Positions 1 through 8,124 of a stretch of 21,826 bases of DNA are shown piece by piece. This stretch comes from a virus. Lineage: Duplodnaviria > Heunggongvirae > Uroviricota > Caudoviricetes. How positions within the stretch are numbered: the first letter of the stretch is position 1; each line of letters begins with the position of its first letter. The translations under genes were made by a program, and so were the position numbers. Under the pieces are notes generated by a model that was not told the DNA's origin, did no database searches, and was given only the letters and a program-made list of their open reading frames with translations. Location of the stretch: the IMG/VR virus record IMGVR_UViG_2541047848_000001; one strand, given 5' to 3'.

Positions 1-84
1 GTCGTTGATTACCGCGTTGTGAAGATGCCTGTTACCAAAGGTGGGAGGCTGGAACTGACCATCACCGAAATGGGGAATGAATGA
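1..84 (+). CDS. rusA: Holliday junction resolvase RusA, C-terminal fragment (5' end outside window)
   Basis: Frame open from window edge to TGA at 82-84. The tail ...VVDYRVVKMPVTKGGRLELTITEMGNE matches the RusA C-terminus as I recall it. Sits directly upstream of a ylcG-like ORF and Q, as in DLP12-type nin regions. Confidence 0.6.
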   Translation, partial: VVDYRVVKMPVTKGGRLELTITEMGNE

Positions 85-221
85 TGTTTGAGTTTTATAT
101 GGCAGAACTTCTTCGCCACCGCTGGGGGCATCTGCGCTTATATCGTTTCCCCGGTTCTGTTTTGACCGATTACCGAATACTGAAGAATTACGCCAAAACC
201 CTGACAGGAGCAGGAGTATGA
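81..221 (+). CDS. ylcG: small nin-region protein, YlcG-like (46 aa)
   Basis: ATG at 81 overlaps the rusA stop (ATGA). Translation MMFEFYMAELLRHRWGHLRLYRFPGSVLTDYRILKNYAKTLTGAGV, stop at 219-221. Length and position between rusA and Q fit ylcG of DLP12. Below the ORF-track size cutoff, found by hand translation. Confidence 0.55.
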   Translation: MMFEFYMAELLRHRWGHLRLYRFPGSVLTDYRILKNYAKTLTGAGV

Positions 222-306
222 AGTCAGAGATAACAATCAACTAATACTGTTTTGTTGATTTTTGCTTGTAATTGGCGTTCTGGTCTGAGTTTTGTGGAGT
301 AAGTTG

Positions 307-684
307 ATGCGTGATATTCAGATGGTTCTTGAGCGTTGGGGAGCGTGGGCGGCTAATAATCATGAAGATGTGACCTGGTCGTCCATTGCCGCCGGTTTTA
401 AGGGATTAATTCCTTCAAAAGTAAAATCTCGCCCACAATGTTGTGACGATGACGCGATGATCATTTGCGGGTGCATGGCCCGTCTGAAAAAGAACAACAG
501 CGATTTGCATGATTTATTGGTGGACTATTATGTCGGCGGCATGACTTTTATGGCGCTTGCACGTAAGCATGGGCGATCTGATTGTTGGGTTGGCAGGATG
601 CTTCAGAAAGCTGAGGGCGTAGTGGAGGGTATGCTGATGGTGTTGGATCTCCGATTGGAGATGGATGCTGATTGTTCGAAATAA
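307..684 (+). CDS. quuD: late-gene antitermination protein Q (phage 82/21 type)
   Basis: ORF-track 292..684; the likely start is ATG 307 ([14 protein letters not shown]...) with GGAG 7 nt upstream. Cys-rich CCDDD...ICGC motif typical of Q proteins. Sits after rusA-ylcG. Symbol assigned by resemblance to DLP12 quuD, from memory. Confidence 0.8.
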   Translation: MRDIQMVLERWGAWAANNHEDVTWSSIAAGFKGLIPSKVKSRPQCCDDDAMIICGCMARLKKNNSDLHDLLVDYYVGGMTFMALARKHGRSDCWVGRMLQKAEGVVEGMLMVLDLRLEMDADCSK

Positions 685-696
685 TTAAAGGAAAAG

Positions 697-762
697 TTGC
701 TGTCTGATTGTCATTAGTCTAACATTTAAAATGTTGGAATCGCAACGTAGTTATTATCATAT
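697..762 (+). promoter_or_regulatory. candidate late promoter PR'/qut region downstream of Q
   Basis: Expected position for PR' (between the Q stop and the first terminator). Weak candidate hexamers: TTGCTG 697-702 with TAACAT 720-725, or TTGGAA 734-739 with TATCAT 755-760. Not resolvable by eye. Confidence 0.25.
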
Positions 763-784
763 AACAGCTTGTTTCCTGATTTAG

Positions 785-813
785 CCAGCCTCCCCAAAGG
801 CTGGTCTTTTTCT
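785..813 (+). terminator. intrinsic terminator (tR'-like) between Q and the convergent lipocalin gene
   Basis: CCAGCC (785-790), 8-nt loop, GGCTGG (799-804), then TCTTTTTCT. Lies about 100 nt after the Q stop and 27 nt before the 3' end of the minus-strand lipocalin gene. Confidence 0.5.
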
Positions 814-839
814 AATAAGTATTATTTCGGGTAGGGATT

Positions 840-1364
840 TTATTGTTTAACCCATAATAATTCATTGATATTGAATCCCAACTTTTGAGCGGTTCGCACA
901 TAGTCTGCTTTTACTTTATCTGGAATAGTTGGGGTCCTTGCCAGAATCCATAGGTATTCTCTGTTCGGACCACTGACAAGAGCATACTTATACTCATCAT
1001 CCAGTTTGATTACATTATAGCCACCATAGAAGGGGCCAAAAAACGAAACCTTCAATGCTGCAGTTTTAGTATCTCCAGTAAAGTATGCTTTACCTTCGCT
1101 CTCGCTCCATTTATTTTTCGTTGGATCGTATCCACGGTTAAGTACACGAATCCCTCCGTCGTTCCGTTTTCCATAAGTAGCGCTGACCTGTTCCAGACCA
1201 CGTTCGAACCGGTTCTCGAGGCGAGCTATTTCATACCATTTTCCGAGGTAGCGGTTGGCGTCAAAATTTGTAATCGGCTGCACACCTTTAGGTGGTGTCG
1301 GGGCCTTACATGCTATAAGAGTGAAAGAGAGTGCAATGCCAGTCAACACAGGCCATAACTTCAT
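840..1364 (-). CDS. lipocalin-family outer-membrane lipoprotein (Blc-like)
   Basis: 174 aa. Signal peptide with lipobox LIAC. Lipocalin signature NFDANRYLGKWYEIARLENRFERG and ...KVSFFGPFYGGYNVI... closely parallel bacterial lipocalin Blc. AGGA SD upstream of the start on the minus strand. The only convincing minus-strand gene in the window. Confidence 0.8.
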   Translation of the reverse strand: MKLWPVLTGIALSFTLIACKAPTPPKGVQPITNFDANRYLGKWYEIARLENRFERGLEQVSATYGKRNDGGIRVLNRGYDPTKNKWSESEGKAYFTGDTKTAALKVSFFGPFYGGYNVIKLDDEYKYALVSGPNREYLWILARTPTIPDKVKADYVRTAQKLGFNINELLWVKQ

Positions 1365-1556
1365 AATAAATCCTGTACTTTTGATAGTTGAGAGTAAGTA
1401 TGAAAGATAGATGATTACGACCGATCACTTAAAGAACTTTCATACTATATTAGGAATAGTCCATAACAGAAAAATTGTCAGTGATGACGCCAGAAAGGCA
1501 ATTTATTCCGTGCACTACACAGTTTATGTGTTAATGAATTAGTCAAGGGGGAGAAT

Positions 1557-2516
1557 ATGATAAAAAAACCTGTGATTGGAATCAGCGGTTGTTTGGCCGG
1601 TTCTGCTGTTCGTTTTGATGGTGGTCACAAAAGAGCTGACTTTTTAATGGACAAATTAGTGGAATGGGTAACATTCAGACCAGTATGTCCGGAAATGGCT
1701 ATAGGGCTGCCAGTTCCGCGTCCTGCTCTACGTCTTGTGCGCTCGATGCAAGGAAATATACGGATGTGTTTCAGCCACGACCAGAATGAGGATGTGACAG
1801 AGAGAATGACAGAGTTTAGTCGTTCTTATATGGACAAATTAAAGGATGTATCGGGGTTTGTGGTTTGTGCTAAATCTCCCAGCTGTGGCATGGAGCGCGT
1901 GCGTGTCTATGATGAAAATGGTAATCGAGGTCGTAAAGATGGAGTGGGACTATTTACGAGCACTTTGATGGAAAAGTTTTCCTGGCTACCGGTTGAAGAG
2001 GATGGGCGATTACATGATCCAGTGCTTCGTGAGAATTTTGTTGAAAGAGTTTTTGCTTTGCATGAGCTCAATCACCTTTACAAGGAGAAATTATCAAGAA
2101 GAGAGTTATTAGCTTTTCATAGTCGTTATAAGCTTCAGTTGTTGGCGCATAGTCAGGCAGGCTATAAAGATATGGGACCATTTGTGGCTGCAATACACGA
2201 GTGGGCGGACCTTGAATCATACTTTGAGGTGTATCGTGATAAGCTGATGGCGATTCTCAGAAAACCTGCATCACGTAAAAATCACACGAATGTGCTGATG
2301 CATATACAGGGGTATTTTAGTAACTACTTAAGTACACGCCAGCGTAAAGAGTTGAGCGAGGTTATACTTAACTATCGTTCTGGCACATTACCTCTTCTTG
2401 CGCCGTTGACTCTGCTGAAGCATTATCTGGGTGAGTATCCTAATGATTACTTGCTTACACAGAATTACTTCGATCCCTATCCGGACGAACTGGCTCTAAG
2501 ACTGATGGTAAATTAA
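1557..2516 (+). CDS. DUF523/DUF1722 fusion protein (YbgA-like C-terminal domain; TudS-like Cys-containing N-terminal domain)
   Basis: 319 aa. N-terminus MIKKPVIGISGCLAGSAVRFDGG with further Cys at CPEMA and CAKSPSCG, the pattern of DUF523 [4Fe-4S] proteins. C-terminal half resembles YbgA/DUF1722. Strong SD AAGGGGGAG before ATG 1557. Confidence 0.7.
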   Translation: MIKKPVIGISGCLAGSAVRFDGGHKRADFLMDKLVEWVTFRPVCPEMAIGLPVPRPALRLVRSMQGNIRMCFSHDQNEDVTERMTEFSRSYMDKLKDVSGFVVCAKSPSCGMERVRVYDENGNRGRKDGVGLFTSTLMEKFSWLPVEEDGRLHDPVLRENFVERVFALHELNHLYKEKLSRRELLAFHSRYKLQLLAHSQAGYKDMGPFVAAIHEWADLESYFEVYRDKLMAILRKPASRKNHTNVLMHIQGYFSNYLSTRQRKELSEVILNYRSGTLPLLAPLTLLKHYLGEYPNDYLLTQNYFDPYPDELALRLMVN

Positions 2517-2858
2517 TTGTATGCGATATCATCCAAAAGGATGAGTTCCTGCATGCAGGATATTTACAATCGTAAAAACTACACTATGATACCCAGAGTG
2601 TCAGTTTGTATAAAAACTCTGTTTACGCTGAAGAAACAATTGAGATGCAACTTAAAGTTGGTAAACATGCCAGTCAAAATATATAATATTATGATTCCAC
2701 GCAGCTATATATAATATAACAGATTGGTTTAATAATTTGTCTTTGTGAGTTAAATACATAATTTTATACTTGTGATGCAATGAAATTTTCCTTATTGTTG
2801 AACTGGCGAATATTGATTTTCCACCTATACTTACCTGGTGTAACCCCAATGATATCAG

Positions 2859-3599
2859 GTGGATAATATGCCATACATATGTTCTATCATTTTGGTGTTG
2901 AACTCGTTTGATGTCCGAATTGGTAAAGAAGATATTTTGTTTAAAAAAGGAAGTGCTGTTCTCATTGATTACAATTTAAAAGATTTTTTTTCATCAAATA
3001 TAGATCATGTAATGATCGTAGATGTTGAAGAGAAAACAGTTAATGATTTCTTTAAAAGCAACACACTCTCACCTTTTTCTGTAAGAAGGTTTTATCCGGC
3101 ATACTTGATGGTGGAATGTGAAGATTTTTCATTGTTAAAGAACTTGATTGCATGCTTGAATTGTGATGGCAGAACTGTGGATTTTGTTAGAAATCAAATA
3201 TCACTTGCATGTCTTGCTATCTTATCTTCAGAGAAAATAGTGCAAAGTTTTTTATTTGGATGTCTTAATAGTTTAGGAAGTAAAGTTAAGGCTATTATTC
3301 ACACGGATATATCTGCAGCATGGAGACTTTGTGATATATCTTCAAGACTGTATCTGAGTGAAAGTCTGTTAAAAAGAAAATTAAAGCACGAAGGCTTATC
3401 ATTTAGTAAGTTAATTCTTGAAGAGCGAATGGTGATGGCGGAAAGGTTATTAAGCTACAATTTATATTCTGTTGGAAAAGTTGCTGAGATATGCGGTTAT
3501 GAAAACACGTCATATTTTGTAAGTGTTTTCAGAAGGTATTTTGGTGTTCCTCCCCATCAATATTCATCAAGATTTTTTTTAGAAAAAGACATGATGTAA
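2859..3599 (+). CDS. AraC/XylS-family transcriptional regulator, AppY/EnvY-like
   Basis: 246 aa. C-terminal HTH region ...SESLLKRKLKHEGLSFSKLILEERMVMAERLL...GYENTSYFVSVFRRYFGVPPHQY parallels AppY/EnvY. N-terminus M..YICSI...NSFD also AppY-like. Gene and upstream region are strongly AT-rich. Confidence 0.8.
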   Translation: MDNMPYICSIILVLNSFDVRIGKEDILFKKGSAVLIDYNLKDFFSSNIDHVMIVDVEEKTVNDFFKSNTLSPFSVRRFYPAYLMVECEDFSLLKNLIACLNCDGRTVDFVRNQISLACLAILSSEKIVQSFLFGCLNSLGSKVKAIIHTDISAAWRLCDISSRLYLSESLLKRKLKHEGLSFSKLILEERMVMAERLLSYNLYSVGKVAEICGYENTSYFVSVFRRYFGVPPHQYSSRFFLEKDMM

Positions 3600-3786
3600 C
3601 GTGATGCGTTTTAATGATTTTGTAATTTTCGTATTTGATAATTGTATGATGCTTTCAGCTACGCCAGAATAATCGCGGCGTTTTTCTTTTTGAATAGATG
3701 TTCAAGCCTTACGCTAATGTAACTTCTATACCTTTCCTCTTCGTTCCGAACCGTGTACACCATCCGTTATTTGCGGAGGTGAGGCT

Positions 3787-4002
3787 ATGAAATCCATGGA
3801 TAAGTTAACAACGGGTGTCGCCTATGGCACCTCAGCAGGTAGTGCCGGTTACTGGTTTTTACAGCTGCTCGATAAAGTCACGCCCTCACAGTGGGCAGCA
3901 ATAGGTGTGCTGGGTAGCCTGGTATTTGGCCTGCTGACGTACCTGACAAACCTTTATTTCAAGATTAAAGAAGATAAGCGCAAGGCTGCGAGAGGTGAAT
4001 AA
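3787..4002 (+). CDS. essD: class II holin (phage 21 S-type pinholin) with dual-start motif
   Basis: 71 aa, [24 protein letters not shown]...; two TMDs; Met1/Met4 dual-start as in S21. SD GGAGGTGAGG upstream. Immediately precedes the endolysin. Confidence 0.9.
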
Positions 4003-4499
4003 TGCCTCCATCATTACGAAAAGCCGTTGCTGCTGCTATTGGTGGCGGAGCAATTGCTATAGCATCAGTGTTAATCACTGGCCCAAGTGGTAACGATGGT
4101 CTGGAAGGTGTCAGCTACATACCATACAAAGATATCGTTGGCGTATGGACTGTATGTCACGGGCATACAGGAAAAGACATCATTCCCGGTAAAACGTATA
4201 CCGAAGCAGAATGCAAAGCCCTCCTGAATAAAGACCTTGCCACGGTAGCCAGACAAATTAACCCGTACATCAAAGTCGATATACCGGAAACAACGCGCGG
4301 CGCTCTTTACTCGTTCGTCTATAACGTGGGCGCAGGCAATTTCAGAACATCTACTCTTCTTCGCAAAATAAACCAGGGCGATATCAAGGGCGCATGTGAC
4401 CAGCTACGTCGCTGGGCATACGCTGGCGGTAAGCAATGGAAAGGCCTGATGACTCGTCGTGAGATTGAGCGTGAGGTCTGTTTGTGGGGGCAACAATGA
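4002..4499 (+). CDS. rrrD: SAR endolysin (T4-lysozyme-like muramidase, R21 type)
   Basis: 165 aa. Gly/Ala-rich N-terminal signal-arrest-release segment [20 protein letters not shown]. Catalytic E-x8-D-x5-T spacing ([17 protein letters not shown]). Start overlaps the holin stop. Confidence 0.9.
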   Translation: MPPSLRKAVAAAIGGGAIAIASVLITGPSGNDGLEGVSYIPYKDIVGVWTVCHGHTGKDIIPGKTYTEAECKALLNKDLATVARQINPYIKVDIPETTRGALYSFVYNVGAGNFRTSTLLRKINQGDIKGACDQLRRWAYAGGKQWKGLMTRREIEREVCLWGQQ

Positions 4500-4960
4500 G
4501 CAGGGTAACCGCGATTATCTCCGCTCTGGTTATCTGCATCATCGTCTGCCTGTCATGGGCTGTTAATCATTACCGTGATAACGCCATTACCTACAAAGCC
4601 CAGCGCGACAAAAATGCCAGAGAACTGAAGCTGGCGAACGCGGCAATTACTGACATGCAGATGCGTCAGCGTGATGTTGCTGCGCTCGATGCAAAATACA
4701 CGAAGGAGTTAGCTGATGCGAAAGCTGAAAATGATGCTCTGCGTGATGATGTTGCCGCTGGTCGTCGTCGGTTGCACATCAAAGCAGTCTGTCAGTCAGT
4801 GCGTGAAGCCACCACCGCCTCCGGCGTGGATAATGCAGCCTCCCCCCGACTGGCAGACACCGCTGAACGGGATTATTTCACCCTCCGGGAACGACTGGTA
4901 ATGATGCAGGCCCAACTTGAAGGTGCTCAGCAATACATAACCGAGCAGTGTTTAAAGTAA
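4496..4960 (+). CDS. rzpD: Rz i-spanin
   Basis: ATG 4496 overlaps the endolysin stop (ATGA). N-terminal TMD then coiled-coil periplasmic domain. ORF-track start 4484 is an upstream GTG in the same frame. Confidence 0.85.
   Translation: MSRVTAIISALVICIIVCLSWAVNHYRDNAITYKAQRDKNARELKLANAAITDMQMRQRDVAALDAKYTKELADAKAENDALRDDVAAGRRRLHIKAVCQSVREATTASGVDNAASPRLADTAERDYFTLRERLVMMQAQLEGAQQYITEQCLK
4716..4901 (+). CDS. rzoD: Rz1 o-spanin lipoprotein, embedded in Rz in the +1 frame
   Basis: 61 aa. Lipobox VVGC. Proline-rich [15 protein letters not shown]. Entirely nested within Rz. Confidence 0.85.
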   Translation: MRKLKMMLCVMMLPLVVVGCTSKQSVSQCVKPPPPPAWIMQPPPDWQTPLNGIISPSGNDW

Positions 4961-5097
4961 AATCTTAACTACAATATGATTCATTTTGATGATTGTTTCA
5001 TAAGGAACAGTGAAGTAAGATCTAAGAGGAGTTAAATTTTATACAGTATAATCATAATATTGCAGCAAGGTGGTTATAATTGAAAGAATATTTAGAT

Positions 5098-6555
5098 ATG
5101 AATACATCTCATGTAAGAGTTGTTACTCATATGTGTGGGTTCCTGGTTTGGCTCTATAGTCTTTCAATGTTGCCACCAATGGTTGTAGCATTGTTTTATA
5201 AAGAAAAAAGCCTGTTCGTTTTCTTTATAACTTTCGTTATATTTTTTTGCATTGGTGGCGGAGCGTGGTATACAACTAAGAAATCTGGCATTCAATTACG
5301 TACCCGTGATGGGTTTATTATAATTGTAATGTTTTGGATTTTGTTTTCTGTTATTAGTGCATTCCCTTTATGGATTGACTCAGAACTTAATTTAACGTTC
5401 ATTGATGCTCTGTTTGAAGGGGTTTCTGGAATAACAACAACAGGAGCAACTGTAATTGATGATGTTAGTTCATTACCTCGGGCATATTTGTACTATCGGT
5501 CACAGTTAAATTTTATAGGTGGTTTAGGAGTTATTGTTCTGGCGGTTGCTGTATTGCCATTATTGGGTATTGGTGGTACAAAGCTTTATCAGTCAGAAAT
5601 GCCGGGGCCATTTAAGGATGACAAACTCACTCCCCGCCTGGCCGATACGTCACGGACACTGTGGATAACTTATTCTTTATTAGGTATTGCTTGTATTGTC
5701 TGTTATAGACTTGCAGGAATGCCTTTGTTTGATGCTATTTGTCACGGGATTTCCACAGTTTCGCTTGGTGGTTTCTCAACTCATAGCGAGAGTATCGGAT
5801 ATTTTAATAACTATTTGGTTGAGCTGGTGGCTGGTTCTTTTTCCCTGCTATCGGCTTTCAACTTCACTCTTTGGTATATTGTTATTAGCAGGAAAACGAT
5901 AAAACCTTTAATCAGAGATATTGAACTTCGTTTCTTTCTGTTAATAGCCTTAGGGGTGATCATTGTTACCTCTTTCCAGGTCTGGCATATAGGTATGTAT
6001 GACTTGCATGGAAGTTTTATTCATTCGTTTTTTCTTGCCAGCTCCATGCTCACTGATAATGGTTTAGCTACGCAGGATTATGCAAACTGGCCCACGCACA
6101 CGATAGTGTTTTTGCTGTCGTCAAGTTTCTTTGGGGGATGTATAGGTTCAACTTGTGGTGGAATTAAGTCACTTCGATTTCTTATACTTTTCAAACAAAG
6201 CAAACACGAGATAAATCAGCTTTCTCATCCCAGAGCGTTGTTGAGTGTAAATGTAGGAGGGAAGATAGTTACAGATCGTGTAATGAGGTCTGTATGGAGT
6301 TTCTTTTTTCTTTATACTCTCTTCACGGTGTTTTTTATACTGGTGTTAAATGGTATGGGATATGATTTTCTTACATCATTTGCAACAGTGGCTGCATGTA
6401 TTAATAATATGGGATTAGGTTTTGGGGCTACTGCATCGTCATTCGGAGTGCTTAATGACATTGCAAAATATTTAATGTGCATAGCTATGATTCTTGGTCG
6501 CCTTGAAATTTATCCTGTTATTATATTGTTTTCAGGTTTTTTTTGGCGCTCCTAA
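5098..6555 (+). CDS. trkG: Trk-system potassium uptake protein, TrkG/TrkH family
   Basis: Polytopic membrane protein with repeated pore-loop-like GxGG segments. 485 aa from ATG 5098, which is the TrkG length as I recall it. Position right after Rz/Rz1 is the known location of trkG in Rac. AT-rich. An in-frame TTG at 5080 has a better SD (see findings). Confidence 0.85.
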   Translation: MNTSHVRVVTHMCGFLVWLYSLSMLPPMVVALFYKEKSLFVFFITFVIFFCIGGGAWYTTKKSGIQLRTRDGFIIIVMFWILFSVISAFPLWIDSELNLTFIDALFEGVSGITTTGATVIDDVSSLPRAYLYYRSQLNFIGGLGVIVLAVAVLPLLGIGGTKLYQSEMPGPFKDDKLTPRLADTSRTLWITYSLLGIACIVCYRLAGMPLFDAICHGISTVSLGGFSTHSESIGYFNNYLVELVAGSFSLLSAFNFTLWYIVISRKTIKPLIRDIELRFFLLIALGVIIVTSFQVWHIGMYDLHGSFIHSFFLASSMLTDNGLATQDYANWPTHTIVFLLSSSFFGGCIGSTCGGIKSLRFLILFKQSKHEINQLSHPRALLSVNVGGKIVTDRVMRSVWSFFFLYTLFTVFFILVLNGMGYDFLTSFATVAACINNMGLGFGATASSFGVLNDIAKYLMCIAMILGRLEIYPVIILFSGFFWRS

Positions 6556-6641
6556 TATATGGCTGATTTATAATTGTGAGTTTAATATTATATTGACTCA
6601 CTCATTGATCCAATACCTAACTTTACCAGCAACACCTCCGC

Positions 6642-6676
6642 CCCCAGTAGCACTGGCTGCTGGGGTGCGTTTTATT
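6642..6676 (+). terminator. intrinsic terminator downstream of trkG
   Basis: 10-bp stem CCCCAGTAGC/GCTGCTGGGG (one G-U wobble), loop ACTG, then TGCGTTTTATT. Confidence 0.45.
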
Positions 6677-6692
6677 CATAAAGCAAGGCTGT

Positions 6693-7481
6693 ATGAGCGA
6701 GAAATTAAAGATAGTCTATCGCCCATTACAAGAATTGTCACCGTATGCGCACAACGCCAGGACGCACAGTACTGAGCAGGTGGCACAACTGGTAGAAAGT
6801 ATTAAGCAATTCGGCTGGACTAATCCGGTGCTGATTGACGAAAAGGGCGAAATTATTGCGGGTCACGGTCGTGTTATGGCGGCTGAAATGCTCAAAATGG
6901 ATTCTGTTCCGGTCATTGTTCTGTCTGGCCTGACGGATGAGCAGAAAAAGGCGTACCGCCTGGCAGATAATCGCCTACCGATGAATGCTGGCTGGGATGA
7001 AGATCTGTTGCGGATGGAGCTGTCGGACCTAATCAATGCTGATTTTGATGTCTCCCTGACAGACTTCGGCCCGACAGAAATTGATGAACTGTTGACGGAT
7101 GTTTTGCCCGGTACAGGAAATAAGGAGGAGCCGTATACGACGAAAATTGATACGCCTGTTTATGAGCCGTCGGGCGGTAAACCGGATATCAGTGAACTGT
7201 ACGACGATACGAAAACTCAGGAGCTGATCAGCCGGATACGTTCGGCGTCCCTTGAGCCTGATATTGAGAAATTCCTCCTGTGTGCGGCAGAACGTCACAC
7301 GGTGTTTAATTTCAGCAGAATTGCGGACTATTACGCTCATGCCCCCGCTGAAATTCAGTGCCTTTTCGAGGAGTCGGCGCTGGTGATCATTGATTATCAG
7401 CAGGCTATTGAAAATGGATTTGTCCGAATGACGCAGCGCATGGTGGCGATCATGCATAGCGGGGAGGAGGAATATGCGTGA
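6693..7481 (+). CDS. ParB-like nuclease domain (ParB/sulfiredoxin fold) protein
   Basis: 262 aa. N-terminal ParB signature ...IVYRPLQELSPYAHNARTHSTEQVAQLVESIKQFGWTNPVLIDEKGEIIAGHGRVMAA. Acidic C-terminal half. Stop overlaps the start of the next gene. Confidence 0.8.
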   Translation: MSEKLKIVYRPLQELSPYAHNARTHSTEQVAQLVESIKQFGWTNPVLIDEKGEIIAGHGRVMAAEMLKMDSVPVIVLSGLTDEQKKAYRLADNRLPMNAGWDEDLLRMELSDLINADFDVSLTDFGPTEIDELLTDVLPGTGNKEEPYTTKIDTPVYEPSGGKPDISELYDDTKTQELISRIRSASLEPDIEKFLLCAAERHTVFNFSRIADYYAHAPAEIQCLFEESALVIIDYQQAIENGFVRMTQRMVAIMHSGEEEYA

Positions 7482-8124
7482 TGATTTTTGCGCCTTTATT
7501 CTGACTCACGGGCGACCGGACAAAGTTCTGACTTACCGGACGTTGCGTCGTGCTGGCTATACCGGGAAAATTTTTATCGTTGTTGATGATGAAGATAAGA
7601 CACGGCATCAGTACATGGCTGAATTTGGTGAACAGGTGCTGGTATTTTCCAAAGCAGATATTGCCAGTCGTTTTGACGAAGCCGATAATTTTGGTGACCG
7701 CCGCTCAATTTTTTACGCCCGTAATGCCTGTTTCGACCTGGCAAAACTGGTCGGGTGTAAATACTTCATTCAGCTCGATGATGATTATCACGAGTTCCAG
7801 TTTCGGGTGGATCGCAACTATGACCAGGCCTATTTCCCGATAAGGAAACTGGATGCGATCCTTTCTGAAATGCTGGCGTATTACGAATCAATACCCGCGC
7901 TTTCCATCGCTATGTCGCAGGGCGGGGATTTTCTTGGTGACAATGGCGGCCATGCTTCGTGGGTGAAACGCAAGGCAATGAACAGCTTTATCTGTTCGGT
8001 TGATCGACCGTTCTCATTCATGGGGCGCATTAACGAGGATGTGAATACGTACACGAATCTCGGTCGCCGTGGTGAATTGTTTATGACGATCGGTGCTGTC
8101 CAGTTAGGGCAGAAACAGACGTAG
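7474..8124 (+). CDS. DxD-motif nucleotide-sugar-transferase-like (GT-A fold-like) protein; possibly interrupted by an in-frame TAG
   Basis: ATG 7474 lies inside the ParB-like stop region, with SD GGGGAGGAGGAA just upstream. Motifs AFILTHGRPD...IFIVVDDED...IQLDDDY resemble the N-terminal strand, DD and DxD elements of GT-A/nucleotidyltransferase folds. An ORF in the same frame resumes 15 nt after the TAG (8140..8337). Confidence 0.5.
   Translation: MRDDFCAFILTHGRPDKVLTYRTLRRAGYTGKIFIVVDDEDKTRHQYMAEFGEQVLVFSKADIASRFDEADNFGDRRSIFYARNACFDLAKLVGCKYFIQLDDDYHEFQFRVDRNYDQAYFPIRKLDAILSEMLAYYESIPALSIAMSQGGDFLGDNGGHASWVKRKAMNSFICSVDRPFSFMGRINEDVNTYTNLGRRGELFMTIGAVQLGQKQT

Noticed and set aside
2517-2849. 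Two 65-codon ORFs on opposite strands (2517..2714 + and 2652..2849 -) in the spacer between the DUF523/DUF1722 and AraC genes
   Set aside because: They lie in very AT-rich intergenic DNA, overlap each other, lack convincing SD sequences, and their translations are low-complexity; more likely the AraC gene's regulatory leader.
685-3786. Shiga toxin or other AB5 toxin genes in the Q-to-holin slot
   Set aside because: No ORF pair with the size or arrangement of stxA/stxB; the ORFs present translate to a lipocalin, a DUF523/DUF1722 protein and an AraC regulator.
4071-4256. Minus-strand 61-codon ORF inside the endolysin gene
   Set aside because: Fully embedded antisense in a well-supported gene, with no RBS; typical spurious ORF.
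5687-5902. Plus-strand 71-codon ORF inside trkG (alternative frame)
   Set aside because: Out-of-frame ORF inside a membrane protein gene; nothing supports it over the trkG frame.
5098-6555. trkG as a phage defence or novel system
   Set aside because: It is a recognisable TrkG/TrkH-family K+ transporter at the position it occupies in Rac; known cargo rather than novel.
6494-6775. 93-codon ORF spanning the trkG 3' end, terminator and ParB-like 5' end
   Set aside because: It crosses an intrinsic terminator and two well-supported genes in other frames; a proline-rich translation of GC-rich stem sequence.
7029-7457. Minus-strand 142-codon ORF antisense to the ParB-like gene
   Set aside because: Antisense to a gene with a clear ParB motif, with no start context; spurious.
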